This document shows, piece after piece, positions 1 to 12,083 of a DNA stretch of 64,000 nucleotides. The DNA lies in NCBI RefSeq assembly GCF_000143415.4, contig NW_003314270.1, forward strand, positions 2,225,048-2,289,047, given 5' to 3'. Position 1 is the first letter of the stretch, and every line of letters begins with the position of its first letter. Source of the stretch: Selaginella moellendorffii (lineage: Eukaryota; Plantae; Lycopodiophyta). The translations under genes were made by a program, and so were the position numbers. The notes under the pieces are model-generated. The model did not search any database. It had not been told where the DNA came from and saw only the letters and a list, made by a program, of their open reading frames with translations.

Positions 1-3000
1 GAAGTAGCTCATCTGTTGGCGTGTGTAGGCCAATAAGACTTGCAACTGGATCCATGAGTGGGACGCCTTTGCCTCGACCAGGAGAAATGAATTTCCGGAT
101 AGAAGGCAGTCGATCCACTTCGGTATCAGATGCCTCGCTCTCGGAAAGAGTCTCTGTCTCAGCAGCTTTAACGGTTTCTTTCACTGCCTTCGGTGAGCCC
201 GGCTTCTTCAGATCAAGACGCAACGGAGGTGGCTTGGGAAGGTCCGAAGATTTTTCTTCCACTACTTTGCCTCTTCCAAGTCCATGCAATACAGTTGGAG
301 GTTCGGGCGTCGGAGCTTCTGCAACTTTTTCTTTCTTCAATTTTACTTCCAGCTTCAACGGCGCAGCTTTTGAAACACCAGGTCTGCTTCCTTCCGTTTC
401 TGCTGGTTCATCTTGTACTTTCACAGCTCCAGGTGTGGTTTCTTCCTTCATTCTTACGGGAACAACCGAAGGCTTTTTCAACTTAAGCTCCAGTTTAGCA
501 CGTCCAGGTTCGTCTTTGGTTTCAGGCGCAGCCTCGAGTTTTGCAGAAGCCGGCTCTTCCGTCACTGTTGGAGGTTTCCTCAGCTTCAGGTCTAACTTTG
601 GAGGTTCTTCCTTCTTTTCTGCAGGTTTCTTCAGCTGAAGATCCAACTTTGGAGGAGGCTCCGTCACAGTTGAAGGTTTCTTTGGCGTGAGATTCAGCTT
701 TGGAGTAGACTCTTCAGCCACCGCTGCAGGTGTCTTCGGCTTAACTTCAGTCTTCTCAGGCTTTGGCACTGACGCTGCCACATCTTTACTCTTAGCCGCC
801 ACTGCAACCTTCGCCTCAACTTGCGATTTGATATCGGTCTTTGCTCGTGCAGGTTTTGGAGACACCGTGTCCACAACCGCTGCTTTCTTCGTCTCTACAG
901 GCTTTGGTGGTGGTGGCGGTGGTTTCAACGCCTCAATTTTCACGGCTGGAACTTCAGGTGGCAGTTTCTTGGCGGCCGATGGCGCTTCTGGAACATGCGT
1001 CGAAGGTGGTTGGCCAATTGGCCTTTGCACCACTCCTGGTCTCAAAGGGAGTCCTGAAGGATATATCGGAACTGGTTGCGGTGGCGCTTGGAACTGAGCG
1101 TGTCCAGCCGGTCTAACTTGAGGAACACCTGCTGTAAACTGCGCTGGACTGTGGACGCTCATTGGTACTTGTTGATACGGCACCTGCGAAAACTGCTGGG
1201 GAGGTTGCCCTTGAACCTGCGTTTGAGGCCGCACTGCACTCGCCGCAGCTTTACCTTCCATAAGAGTTGCTCTATCACCTGCAGCTTTGAGTAACTCTGG
1301 TGACTGCTGCAGAAACTCAAGCGCCTTTGGCTGAAGCTCGAGTTTTGGTCGGGGAGCTTGGCCGACAGTTTGTGGCGCAGCTTGTCCAGTTGATGTCGGA
1401 ACTTGCGGCGCTGGAGTGGCAACTTGTGTAGCAGGATATTGCTGTGGTCTTGCAATAGCGACATTTTGTGGAGGTGGCGGCGGTGGGACTGCTGCTGGTG
1501 CATAAGGTGGAGGGGGATACTGATAGCCCGGAGGATAAGCCGGTTGATATCCAGGATAGCCCGGTGGATATCCTGGATACGTTTGGTATCCCGGATAAGC
1601 TTGCTGGTAGTATCCCGGATACCCCTGATATGCTTGTTGATATCCTGGATGATATACCGAAGGCTGACTTTGAGGATGATATCCGACTGGAGCCTGAGGA
1701 ACCGGCTGCATATTGACATATGGATTCGGTGGATAGTAAGCCGACGTTTGAGGCCATTGCTGTGTTGGCGGTGCCGCAGGCTGCTGTGGATTTAATGTGG
1801 CTGGAGCTTGTTGAGGCTGCTGGTATTGAGGAGCCTGGCCAATCTGATGCTGCATCCCAGGTGTCTGAAGAGGTGTTCCGTGACCGACACCATGCGATGG
1901 TACTGCGGGTGGTCTTGTCACTGGCTGCGCCGGGACTGCTGAGACTGTTGTTGCTGGTTGCCGAGCAGCGATTGGTGTTTCTGTTGCTGCTGTCATCAGT
2001 GCTCGCATCTCACTGTAAACCATATCCATGGCTGAGTAGTTTCCCAGTTGATTGTAGGCGTCCATCACAACTCTACAAGCCTGCATGGACACCGGCAGAT
2101 GGCCGGCTTTCATCCCTCTGTAAGCCATGCCCACCTCCTGGTAAAATCCCCGGTTGTACCACGAACTTATCAACGCTGCAAGAGTTTCTGAAGCCTGAGC
2201 TTTCTCCTGTACGCTCGGCTCTGGTTTCTGCTGCCCCCCCGTCCTGATCTCCCGCATCTCCGCGTAAATGTTATCCATCTTCTGGGAGTTTCCCAGCTGG
2301 ATGTTGGCGTTCAGAAGCGTTTGGCACGTCTGCATGGTCGTAGGAATGTGAGCAACTTGCATTGCTGCATGCACGTAGTCGATCTCGTAGTAGAGTCCTC
2401 GGCTGACGCAGGATTGGATCAACGCACCAAAAGCTTCCGAAGCCTCAAGACGGCTTGTAGGTTTCTGCGCAAGAAAATTATCAACATCAAAATTCAGGCT
2501 CTTAGGTGAAAGCAATTACCTTGGACGGGGGATACGCGGGCGTCTCCTGCTGAAAAACAAGAAATGAGCCAAGTTTCTCGTGCAAACTAACGGGCATACC
2601 TCCGAAGAAGGATCCGCAGGTGCCTGCTCAAGAAAAAGAAGAGAAAAACGCACAGAAAAGAAGTTATAACGGTAGTTCTTACACTACAAATGGAATTCTT
2701 ACCTGCGAAGGAGGTGGAGATTGGCCGCTCGTCACAACACCAATGATGCTGCTGACTGGTGCTGGAATCGCGGCCTTCGCGGCCTTCGCTGCCGTAGCTT
2801 TGGCCTGTGGAATTGCCGCAGCTGGACTGGATGTAGCCACATTTGCTTGTAGTGCTTGCCCTGTGGCATTTCTAGCAGCTGCGATCGGGGATTCACCCCT
2901 GCCTCGCCCGGAGCTCGACACAGGAGCTGTAGCTGGAGCTGCGATTCCACTGCCGTGACCTACACCGGGAGACGACGGCGCGGATTTTGGTGCCGGGGCT

Positions 3001-3119
3001 GCCGGTAGCGGCGATTGCTTGGACGGTGGAGCCGCGGCGGCTCTTCCTCTTCCTCGCCCGGGACTAGTGCAGTAGCAGCGTACCTTGAGAAGAACGCGCC
3101 GATCCAATGCGCCTCGCAT
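1..3119 (-). CDS. Long low-complexity protein with GRGRG/GRGK motifs, likely mitochondrial (resembles At1g53645-type 'hydroxyproline-rich' proteins); 3' end lies beyond the window
   Basis: ATG at 3119 (MRGALDRRVLLKVRCYCTSPGRGRGR, Arg-rich presequence-like). GT donor ~2702, two micro-exons ~2598-2623 and ~2519-2549, then an apparently continuous reading frame ~2464 to 1 (...EVDRLPSIRKFISPGRGKGVPLMDPVASL), absent from the ORF track because no stop is reached. Family assignment is from memory of motifs only. Confidence 0.6.
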
Positions 3120-3345
3120 TCTTCCTTCCTACATCGAGAGCTAAAACCCTAATAATTCTTGGGGGCATATTCCTTCTTCTAGTTCCCTGGTTCGATTCCA
3201 GTGAGCACCAGGCCACAAGAGCAGCCATTTGGCTGCTTTGGCGGTGCGTCATTTCCATTCAGCGAATGAGTGAGAGGGAGCCGCAAAGAAGGAGAAGAAA
3301 TAGCTGGATCTTAGGGTAAGCAGGTAGCATTCTAGTCTCGAACCA

Positions 3346-4627
3346 ATGGATCGGCCGATCGATCAACGCCAGCAGAAGCAGGGCAGTGAGGCCCTAATTC
3401 TCGTGGAGAAAAGAAGCGGGATCGCCACGATCACGCTCAATCGGCCCAAGGCGCTCAACGCCCTCACCAAGCCGATGCTGACGATCCTGGCCGGGATCTT
3501 CAGGCAGCTGGATAGCGATCCAGAGGTCAAAGTGATTATAATCACGGGGTCCGGGAGGGCATTCTGCTCTGGGGTGGTATGTTTCATTCATCGTTTGCTA
3601 GCTTGAGAGATTTTTCTTAGCTTAACTCTTGATAATTTCCTTAGAATTCTTGGTGTCTGAGATTTTCTATTCGAAAGGATCTCTTTGTTTCCTTTTCTTT
3701 TCTTTTTGTTTGCGTGTGGTTTCCTGAAAAAAACGCATTTGGTCTTTTGTGTTTTTTCTCTTGATGGACTGAAAGAAAGCATAGAAACGAATACCAAACG
3801 TCTTTTTTTCATTGTTTTTATATTTGGAGGGATGGCTTTAGAGATTTTGTAGTCCTTCTTTGCTCTTCTACACTTAGAGAGAATTCTAACGAAAGCTACT
3901 TGATACAGGATTTAACAGCTGCACAGGAAGTTTTTAAAGGTGATGTCAAAGACAAGTCAGCTGATCCCGTTGCACAGATGGAGCGATGCAAGAAACCGAT
4001 AATTGGCGCCATCAATGGGCTGGCTATAACTGCAGGCTTTGAGCTATCACTTGCATGTGATATGCTCTTTGCGAGCAGCAATGCAAAATTTATCGACACA
4101 CACAGCAAGTGAGTGTTAACTCAATTGCTTCTTCTTTTTTTTTTTTTTTTTTTTGATAATTCGTGTATTGATTTCAGGTTTGGAATCTTTCCGTCTTGGG
4201 GGCTCTCGCAAAAGCTGGCCCGTCTAATTGGTGTCAACCGAGCCCGTGAGGTGTCACTCACGGCTTTGCCATTGGAGGCCTCAACCGCCGAGCGTTGGGG
4301 GCTTGTCAACCGGGTGGTTTCTCCATCTGAGCTTATGGAGACGGCGCGAGCTGTGGCAGAAGCGATTGCCAGGAATGATGAGAAGATGGTGCTCCTTTAC
4401 AAGGCGATGATAAATGACGGGGTCAACGTCGCTCTCGGCAATGCGCTTGAGCTTGAAAAGGTTCGCTCATCTTTTAAAGTTCGAAAGTTTTTGTCGAGCC
4501 AAATCCAATTGTTCTTAACTTTCAGGAGAGAGCTCATGACTACTACTCCAAAATGAAGCCAGATCACTTCCAGGCCATGCAGAAATACATCACAGGCCGA
4601 TCATCGTCGAGGCAATCGAAGCTCTAG
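3346..4627 (+). CDS. ECHIA: Peroxisomal enoyl-CoA hydratase/isomerase (crotonase family), 4 exons
   Basis: IATITLNRPKALNAL, GRAFCSGVD, KPIIGAINGLAITAGFELSLACD, FGIFPSWGLSQKL; C-terminal PTS1 -SKL* (TCG AAG CTC TAG at 4616-4627). Confidence 0.92.
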
Positions 4628-4694
4628 AAATCGAACGTACATTTGATCTTGCTGAGATCTTTTATAAGGGAAGGAAATGCAATGGAGTTATCAC

Positions 4695-4885
4695 TCACAG
4701 TATGTCTCTTTGACACTGCTTGTGAGGACCATCCCACATGTGAGTGATAACCCAAAGCCTGCAGTTATAGCCAATCTGTTGATAGCACCAATTATCAGTT
4801 TCTCCATCTGTGCAACAGTTAGCTGGTTTGTCTTTTGACATCAGTTTCTTTATGTGAGTGCCTTTGAAAACTTCTTGCACAGCCT
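4695..4885 (-). pseudogene. Inverted degenerate copy of ECH exon 2
   Basis: Reverse complement reads gcaagaagttttcaaagg...gttgcacagatggag...gataattggtgctatc...ggctataactgcaggcttt, matching 3921-4060; CpG>TpG changes visible. Confidence 0.85.
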
Positions 4886-4913
4886 ATATGGAATCATTCT
4901 ATCTTTTGGCACA

Positions 4914-5200
4914 AAAGCTGGCCAGGAGGCCTAGACCATCGAGCACTCGGGCTCGTCAACTGGGTGATTTCTCCGTCTGAGCTTATGGAGCTGTGGTGGA
5001 AGTGATTGCCAAGAACGACAGTAGAATGGTGCTCCTCTACAAGGCGATGATCAACAACGGGATCAACCTCACTCGAGCTCGAGCTCGAAAAGGTTCGCGT
5101 GGCTTTTCTAGGTCCAAAATTTGAGGATTCTAAGCCATGCAGAAATACATCACGAATCGAAGCTCTAGAAATTGAAGGAATCATGCGTACATTTGATCTT
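4914..5200 (+). pseudogene. Deletion-riddled copy of ECH exons 3-4 and 3' UTR
   Basis: aaaagctggcc...gagcttatggag...ggtgctcctctacaaggcgatga...gccatgcagaaatacatcac...aatcgaagctctagaaat...cgtacatttgatctt, matching 4210-4650. Confidence 0.85.
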
Positions 5201-5221
5201 CCATTAAGCCAAACCTCACTT

Positions 5222-5900
5222 GCCTGGCTGCTATGGCATTTCCATTCAGCGAATGACCGCAAAGAAGGAGCTTAGGGTAAGAAGGTAGCATTCTAAATGA
5301 TCAACGCCAGTAGCAGCAGGGGAGTGACGCCTTAATTCACGATCGGCCAAAGGCGCTCAACGCCCTCACCAAGCCGAGCTGACGAGCTGGTTGGGATATC
5401 AACTGAAAGGGCATTTTGCTCTGGGGTGGTATGTTTCATTCATCGTTTGCTAGCTAACATCAAAAAACATGAAACCAAGACCAAAGTCTTCTCTCATGGT
5501 TTTGTGTTCCTCTCCTTGTGTTTTGCTTTTCGTATAGATTTCAGGTTTTTAATCTTTCCATCTTGCGGGCTCTCACAATAGCTGGCCAGTGGGTGTCAAC
5601 AGAACTCGCGATCACTCACGGCCTTGCCACTGGAGGCCTCGACCACCGAGCGATGGGGGCTCGTCAACCGGGTGGTTTCTCCATAAGAACGACGACAGAA
5701 TGGTACAAGGCGATGATCAACGACGGGGTTACAACCTCGCTCGAAAAGGTTCTCTTGGCTTCAGTTTTTTGTGAGCCATCATAACTTTTAGGAGAGAAAC
5801 TCCAAAATGAACTTCCAGGCCATGCAGAAATACATCACGGGCCGATCATCGTCGAGGCAATCGAAGCTCTAGAAATCGATGCGTACATTTGATCTTCCAG
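5222..5900 (+). pseudogene. Second compressed ECH copy (upstream region, exon 1, exons 3-4; exon 2 missing)
   Basis: Matches 3228-3600 and 4150-4650 with many short deletions; keeps intron-boundary sequence (gtatgtttcattcatcgtttgcta) and the SKL* codons. Confidence 0.85.
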
Positions 5901-6431
5901 GCGCGGGCTGAGATCTCTTAAAAGCGAATTCGTGTTTTCGCGGTTGGCCAAGAGAGTCGAGGTGAATGGCGCGCAAGCGAAAGGAAAAAAAGAAGAATAA
6001 ATCGTCACTGAAAAAGAGGGAGATGTTTAAGGAAAGTTGTCTGCCAGTGACTCACGATGGAGGGTCTTATCCCCCGTCAAACTTCACTATTCACAGAAGA
6101 ATCGAAATAGAAAATGCCACGTTGCGCTGCTGCATTTGTTGCACAGGTGTCCTCCACGTCACTCCATTGTTTTTATTGTTTTCTCTTTCGTCACCGCCCC
6201 TGCTTGTTTGGAATTTTAGGTCGCGAGGCGACCAAAGCGCGGCAAGCTATACTCGCGCTCACTGCCGATCCATCGCTCCCGATCGATCGCTTGCTTGCGA
6301 TCGTTTCTCCGTTTTCCTCATCTTTGTTTCCAAGTTTTCTCGCGATCGCTCACCTTCCGCTTTCTCGCGTGTTTCCGGTAGAGATATTTGGGAGATAATA
6401 TCGTGAGAAGGCGACTGGGAAAACGCTGTCA

Positions 6432-7286
6432 ATGGAGAGCAGCAGCAACATCACTGCAGCGGCGGCGGGCGGCGGCGGAGGAGCCGGAAGAGATGGAGGA
6501 GCTGGAGCTGGAGGCGCAAAAGCTGGAGGAGCAGCCGCGGGAGGATCAGGATCGTCGGGCGGAGGAGCGACGGCGTGCGCGGCGTGCAAGTTCCAGCGCC
6601 GGCGCTGCTCCCCGGAGTGCGTACTGGCGCCATACTTCCCAGTTGAAAACACGGCGTGCTTCATGAGCTGCAAGCGGCTGTTTGGCGTGAGCAACATGGT
6701 GCGCATCCTCACGGAAGGAGTCCAGCCGGCGCAAAAGGACGACACTATCAAGTCGCTCATTTTGGAGGCCGACGCCCGCCAGCGCGACCCCGTCTACGGC
6801 TCCGCCGGCATCATCACCACCCTCCGCGAAGAGGTCGCAAAGCTCCAGGAGGAGCTAGTCGTCGCAAAGGAGCAACTTAGCTTCCTTGTATCTCAGCTCC
6901 ACCAGCAACATCAGGAACATCAGCAGCAGCACCAGCAGCAGGAGCAACAGTTTTTTGTGTTTGATCCTCCGCAACAGCAGCACCCTCACGTAGTGCACCA
7001 GCCTCAAATGCAAGTTGTCCCTCACCACCCTCATTCGCAGCTGCTCGGCGACCACGCCCCCCCTCTAAACGTCATGGACTCGTCTTTGGCTCCTCCCGAA
7101 CAGCCCCCACTGCTTCTTTTCCAGCCGGGGTTTCTGCCCATGGATTTTGTCCAGCACCAGGCTGAGGAGGCTCCGCAGGTGAAGCAGGAGCGGCTTGATC
7201 CGGAGGAACAGCAGCTCGAGCAGGAGTTCGGTGGCAACTTTTTTCAGCCGGCTAACGGCGAGCACAGGTACATTTGCTACGTGTGA
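6432..7286 (+). CDS. LBD: LOB-domain (LBD/ASL) transcription factor, class I type
   Basis: CAACKFQRRRCSPEC (CX2CX6CX3C), LFGVSN, RDPVYG block, leucine zipper LREEVAKLQEEL, Q-rich C-terminus; single ORF of 284 aa. Confidence 0.93.
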   Translation: MESSSNITAAAAGGGGGAGRDGGAGAGGAKAGGAAAGGSGSSGGGATACAACKFQRRRCSPECVLAPYFPVENTACFMSCKRLFGVSNMVRILTEGVQPAQKDDTIKSLILEADARQRDPVYGSAGIITTLREEVAKLQEELVVAKEQLSFLVSQLHQQHQEHQQQHQQQEQQFFVFDPPQQQHPHVVHQPQMQVVPHHPHSQLLGDHAPPLNVMDSSLAPPEQPPLLLFQPGFLPMDFVQHQAEEAPQVKQERLDPEEQQLEQEFGGNFFQPANGEHRYICYV

Positions 7287-7851
7287 TGAGATATTTCGTC
7301 TTTGTACTAACCAGGTCCCTGAGAGTGAGAGAGAACATGTGACGCTAACTTCCCGCATTGTTCTCTGCATTTGTCCCATTTTGTCTCTCGTTTTTGTTGT
7401 CTATTGTTGTTGTATCATCGCTTTCTAATCCCTCTGATAAGTGCTTTATTCTCTCTGCGGATATGAGAACACATTTCATTAATCTCCAGTTCATTTTCTG
7501 AATCTCTTGTCTCTCGACTCACTCACGTCATGAACTTTGTTCTCGAGATCGGTCGCCGTTTGTCTCTATCCTGTTTCACGAGTTCATGCAAATCACCGTT
7601 CCATTGCATCTTGTCCTTGGAAGTTCTAAGCAGGAAAGATCAATGTTGCGAGTGATTAACTTAATGCTTTGTTGCTTTTGGCTAGACAGCAGCAGGAACA
7701 GCAGGAGCATCAGCAGCGCCACCAATGAGTGGTGTTTTTGGTTAAGGCGTCGTCGTTTGGTTCGGGGTTTGGTTATGGTTGATGAGATCGTGTTTTGCTT
7801 GTTTGCCAATGATCTCTATGGACGTGGTTTCGAATGAATGGGCTCGGAAGC

Positions 7852-7950
7852 AAGACACCGTCTCAACTGTGTCCAAAACCGCTTTCGTCTCTGCAGGCTT
7901 TGGTGGTGGTGGTTTGATTGCCTCAATATTCACGGCTGAAACTTCAGGTT
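7852..7950 (-). pseudogene. Displaced fragment of the gene at 1-3119
   Basis: gtgtccaaaaccgctttcgtctctgcaggctttggtggtggtggtttgattgcctcaatattcacggctgaaacttcaggt matches 867-959. Confidence 0.8.
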
Positions 7951-8023
7951 CTTGCTTCTGAAACATGAGTCGGTTCACTCTGAAGTGCTTCATTCTCTCG
8001 GCGGAAGAGAAGCACATTCCCGG

Positions 8024-8250
8024 GAGAACATTATTCTCCCAGTTCTTTTCGTGACTTTGTCTCTCGACACTCACGCCATCAACTTTGTTCTCGAGATCGA
8101 AAGCAGGAACTCGTGATTAACTTAATCAATTGTTCATTTTGGAGACAGTAGCAAGGAACTATTCGTGCTCTGTTATGTCGTTTGGTTAAGCTTGATGAGA
8201 TCATGTTTTTTGTTTGTTTGCATCTTGACCTCTATCGTGGTTTAGAATGA
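8024..8250 (+). repeat. Degenerate direct duplicate of 7465-7840 (LBD 3' flank)
   Basis: Shared blocks actcacg..atgaactttgttctcgagatcg, gtgattaacttaat, gatgagatc.tgtttt, ctctat..cgtggttt.gaatgaatgg. Confidence 0.75.
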
Positions 8251-8365
8251 ATGGAGTTCTGGCAAGTCAACAGTCTCTAGGATATTCCGTTACCGGATAG
8301 AACCATAATATTCATGAATATGCTGGATTTCAAATTGTTCCATTCTCCCTCTTTTTGTGCACGAT

Positions 8366-10917
8366 CTAAGCCAGATTTTTTCCCCCACTGCCGCTACAGA
8401 TGAGAGAAAACAATGCACAGCCGTGAGAGGGCACCAGCGCCGACAAACTCTCCACTTTATCTAGCTCGGTCCTGCTCCAAACTTCCTCCCCAGTGCATTG
8501 GGTGGTAGAGTCGTCCGCGTCCAGGCCTGGTTGGGTTTTTGGTGCCTCCGGACCTTGTGCTCCTCGAGCTTTCGTCGTTGCGAGCTTTAATCCGGGTTGA
8601 CGTTGTTGGAGCCCCGCCAAGCTATAAGTCACAGTCGTGGAGTTTTGGCCGAGATTAAAAAATGCAACGTAGTACTGGCCTGAAGAGACGTCTCCACTAA
8701 TTAACACCACCACGAGAAGTATTTAAGTACCTTTCAAACCGCGCGCGAGCCATATACGAATTGGTGCCACTTCCTTAACCTCCGCGCAAAACCCAGAGCT
8801 TGGGCTCAATAGTTTGCCATTTGGCAACAGTTGCCAAGCCTACAAGAGCTTGTGAATCTACGCTCACATGCAAGAGAGTAAAGCCTTGACTTACCTGACT
8901 ATTCTCCATGGTGCAAAACGAGAAACGCTTGCTTGCAAACATTCCAATGCTAGATGGAAGGTTCGGCTGCGAGTCCATGCAAAGCTCACCAAAGTCGGAG
9001 GTCCACAGCCGAATAGCACCTTTGGATTCAGTGTCACTAAGAGCCAAAGTTAGAAGAAACCATTGCGTATTGATCCATGCTTACGAGAGTGATGAATCAC
9101 TTAAGGAGGTCCAGTTGAAACACCCCGAGAGCACCGATGATCGAGATGATGTTGTTCTTGAAGCATTCCAGCAAATTCTTGCGTTTTGTTTCTTTTCCAA
9201 CGTCCAGTGTGTGTTACTGCTCAATTCATCGCAGCTAACCAAAGTTAGCAGTGGGACATCCTCAGTGCCCGGTAGTGTTCCAGCGTAATACTATGGAAAT
9301 CAATAATGCAGCGGTCAGTGGCACATATTTACAGAAGCTTACCTCTGTATTCTCAGTACTGTGGGTGTTTATTTCTAGAATAGTCGGGTTTGTGATCATG
9401 GCATAAGTAGCTTGGTCGATATTTCGCAGGTCACCACCATACATCAAGGGAGATTTTGCCATTGCCCAGAGCGTAAGCTGGCAGCAAGAAAAGGAGGAGT
9501 TTCATAAGTAACAAGGAACTCAATGTACGAGTTACTTGTGTTTTTTGCTCATCGAAAGATAGCCTACAAGAACGATATGGGCCATAAGGTGCACCTGAGA
9601 AAAAAAAAATTGAAGAACTTTGAAACTAACTATATGCTCAACTCTTTACCTCCATCAGTGAGCCAGCCTAACGGAAGCATGTCCAAGTCAGGCCAAGACT
9701 TCCCCCCTCCCAAGCCGGGTGCTCCAATCAAACCAGCAGCAGCAAAACTCCTAGAGCATTAACCACGACACGTTGTGAAATAACTAGAGAGAGCTTGGAA
9801 GTTTGTACTTTGCAACGTCAAAATGAGCAGCTACATCACCCCATCGGTCCCAGTCGTCGCCAGTGATCCGGTACATGTTAACGATACCGCTTACTGATGA
9901 AGCCAAGCTGGGAGTGGCTTGCACTCCAGGAGACAAAGAGTATACGATTGGTCGTCCAGTGTTTGTAATGGCCTATGAAAGATCCATAACCTTCCATCCG
10001 TGGATCCAACAAATGCAAGACACTTACCTCTGACACGGCTTGAATCTCCTCTAGATCGATGTTGTCAGCTCCGAAAACACAGTCATGTTTCACTGACAAG
10101 GCAAAGTGAATACACAAGCAAAGACTTCGGAAAAGCCATACCGAAATCGACTCCCCAGGAAGCATATTGATCATAAAGTGATTTTAGAAATGCTTTTCCA
10201 CCAGCACTGGTCGTGTTGATGCTGACAAAGCACTCTTGCATCCACGGACATGGCTGGCTTGTGAGAGCAATATCTTTCGCTCTCCATCCCTGCATTAACC
10301 ATGATCAAATACCCCCTTCAAAAAAAAGAACGATAGAAAAGATTACATACCTTGGCACCGAGAATCGGTGTGTTGTTAGCCACAGCAACCGTAGTAATCC
10401 CTCTCATAACGTGGATTCCAAACTTGAGTCCCATGGCGTGTACTTTGTCAGCAATTGGAGCGAAGCCTTTACCACCTGCCGTGGAAGGCCAGCGCTTGGG
10501 ATCTGGAACTGGTCGTCCCCACTCATCGATGAGATCATGGCCAGAAGATTGGACTGAGGCTCCCTTCTCCTGTTTACGATACCAGAGAAAATCGATGACG
10601 ACGTACTGCGAAACACACAAACTTCTCCTGTTTAGTTCCGAAGAAAAACACGGCATGGAAGTAAAAGAGTACTTCATAGCCGAAAGGAGCGAGAGTATTC
10701 GCGAGGATCTTCGCATTCTGCAAGAACTCCTCCTCCGAGACAATCCAGGAGAAGGAATCGTAAGAATTCCATCCCCGAGGAGGCGTGAGCGCTAGACCAG
10801 CTGTAGAAGCTGGTAGCAGCCTGTAAATGATCGATAGTAACCCAACCCAGCGATGGGTGCAAGCAGAGATTACCTCGTAGCGATGGCGAGGGAGAAGATC
10901 GCTAGGAGCCACGCCAT
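8366..10917 (-). CDS. GH27 alpha-galactosidase / beta-L-arabinopyranosidase-like secreted glycosidase, multi-exon
   Basis: Signal peptide MAWLLAIFSLAIATR, LALTPPRGWNSYDSF, YVVIDFLWY, GLKFGIHVMRG, YASWGVDF.KHDC, SWPDLDMLP, MAKSPLMYGGD, C-terminal YVAFFNL...VPSHGCALF. Confidence 0.9.
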
Positions 10918-12083
10918 ACGAGAATGCGAGGAGAACTAGATCCCTAGGGTTCCTTACCGTGCAGGGGAGCCTACATTTGACGTCTCCGGGACTCCAGAGT
11001 AGTCGTGATGATGATCCAAGAGAGCAAAACCTAGACAGGACGATCTCTGATCGACGGACTAGAGGGCAACACATGGCTGCTCACTATTGATCTGGATTGG
11101 CGCCAAAAATCCAAACAAAATTGGGTTTTTTTTTTTAGGGTTCTTGAAGTGGGTTTTGTGAATTTCTTTCTCGCAAAAGCCCTACATTCAGCAATCTGTT
11201 GATGTCTACCTCAGGAATTGGGGAATTTCCTTCTCTGGCGGCTGTAATCCAGGTTTTTGTTTTTTAGGGATGGAAGTTCACGTGAGATAGACAATTCTGC
11301 TGACATTTTCTGAGACAATTTTGCTGACAGTTTCTGGAAATTTTATGCTTCAAAGAAAGGTCCCCCAGAAAAAACTCTCTTACCACAATTTACTTTCGGC
11401 AGTGTCCAACCGGGTAATTCTCTTCTCTAGAAAGAAAAAGAAAGAAAAAAAAAAAACCAAGTGTTTTTTTCTATGGGGAATCGTTTTAGTTGCACAGGAT
11501 CTCTCAAACACGTCGCAAGCAAGAAGTGCCAGAAGAAGTATATATCCAAGTTAAAGCTGCTTAAATCCTCACTTGACATCACAAATCCTCCACAGGTGCT
11601 CTGACACTGGCGCATCTTTGAGCACCAACAAACAGTATGCTTTTAATTCCCCGATTTGCTGGGGGAGATCGCTGCGACAGAGGCGTCTCTTCCATCTCAC
11701 ATTTCTCCAATTCAAGCAAGCATCGATGCAGGGCCTTCCAACGTCACGTTTCCTTCAACCACGACTCACGAACCAAAACGATGACAGAGTTCTTCCAAGG
11801 TTTGACTTTTTTTCTCGTTTTTGTTCCCAACTGCGATTTGGCTGGAGCTAATCCTGCCAGTTGCAGAGATTGAGCAAGTCCTCACGGCGTTTCCGTACGC
11901 GTACTTTGGTTGTACGGGGGGAGGACTTATCGCCGCTTCATTTGAAGGTCCGTTTTCCGGTCGGACGAGCATCTTAGGGCGGCTGGAAGGAATGTGATCT
12001 GGTAGCATTCCTTGATGTGGGTCTTCAGGCTGGGACTAATCTGGCCAGCTGCGGGCCGCTAGCAGGGAAATCTCCTCAAGGCC

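Noticed and set aside
21-2247. Plus-strand ORFs of 130-205 aa
   Set aside because: Antisense shadows of the long minus-strand exon
11100-12080. Short ORFs between GH27 and G-beta
   Set aside because: No recognisable motifs; T-rich intron-like tracts suggest 5' UTR or promoter sequence
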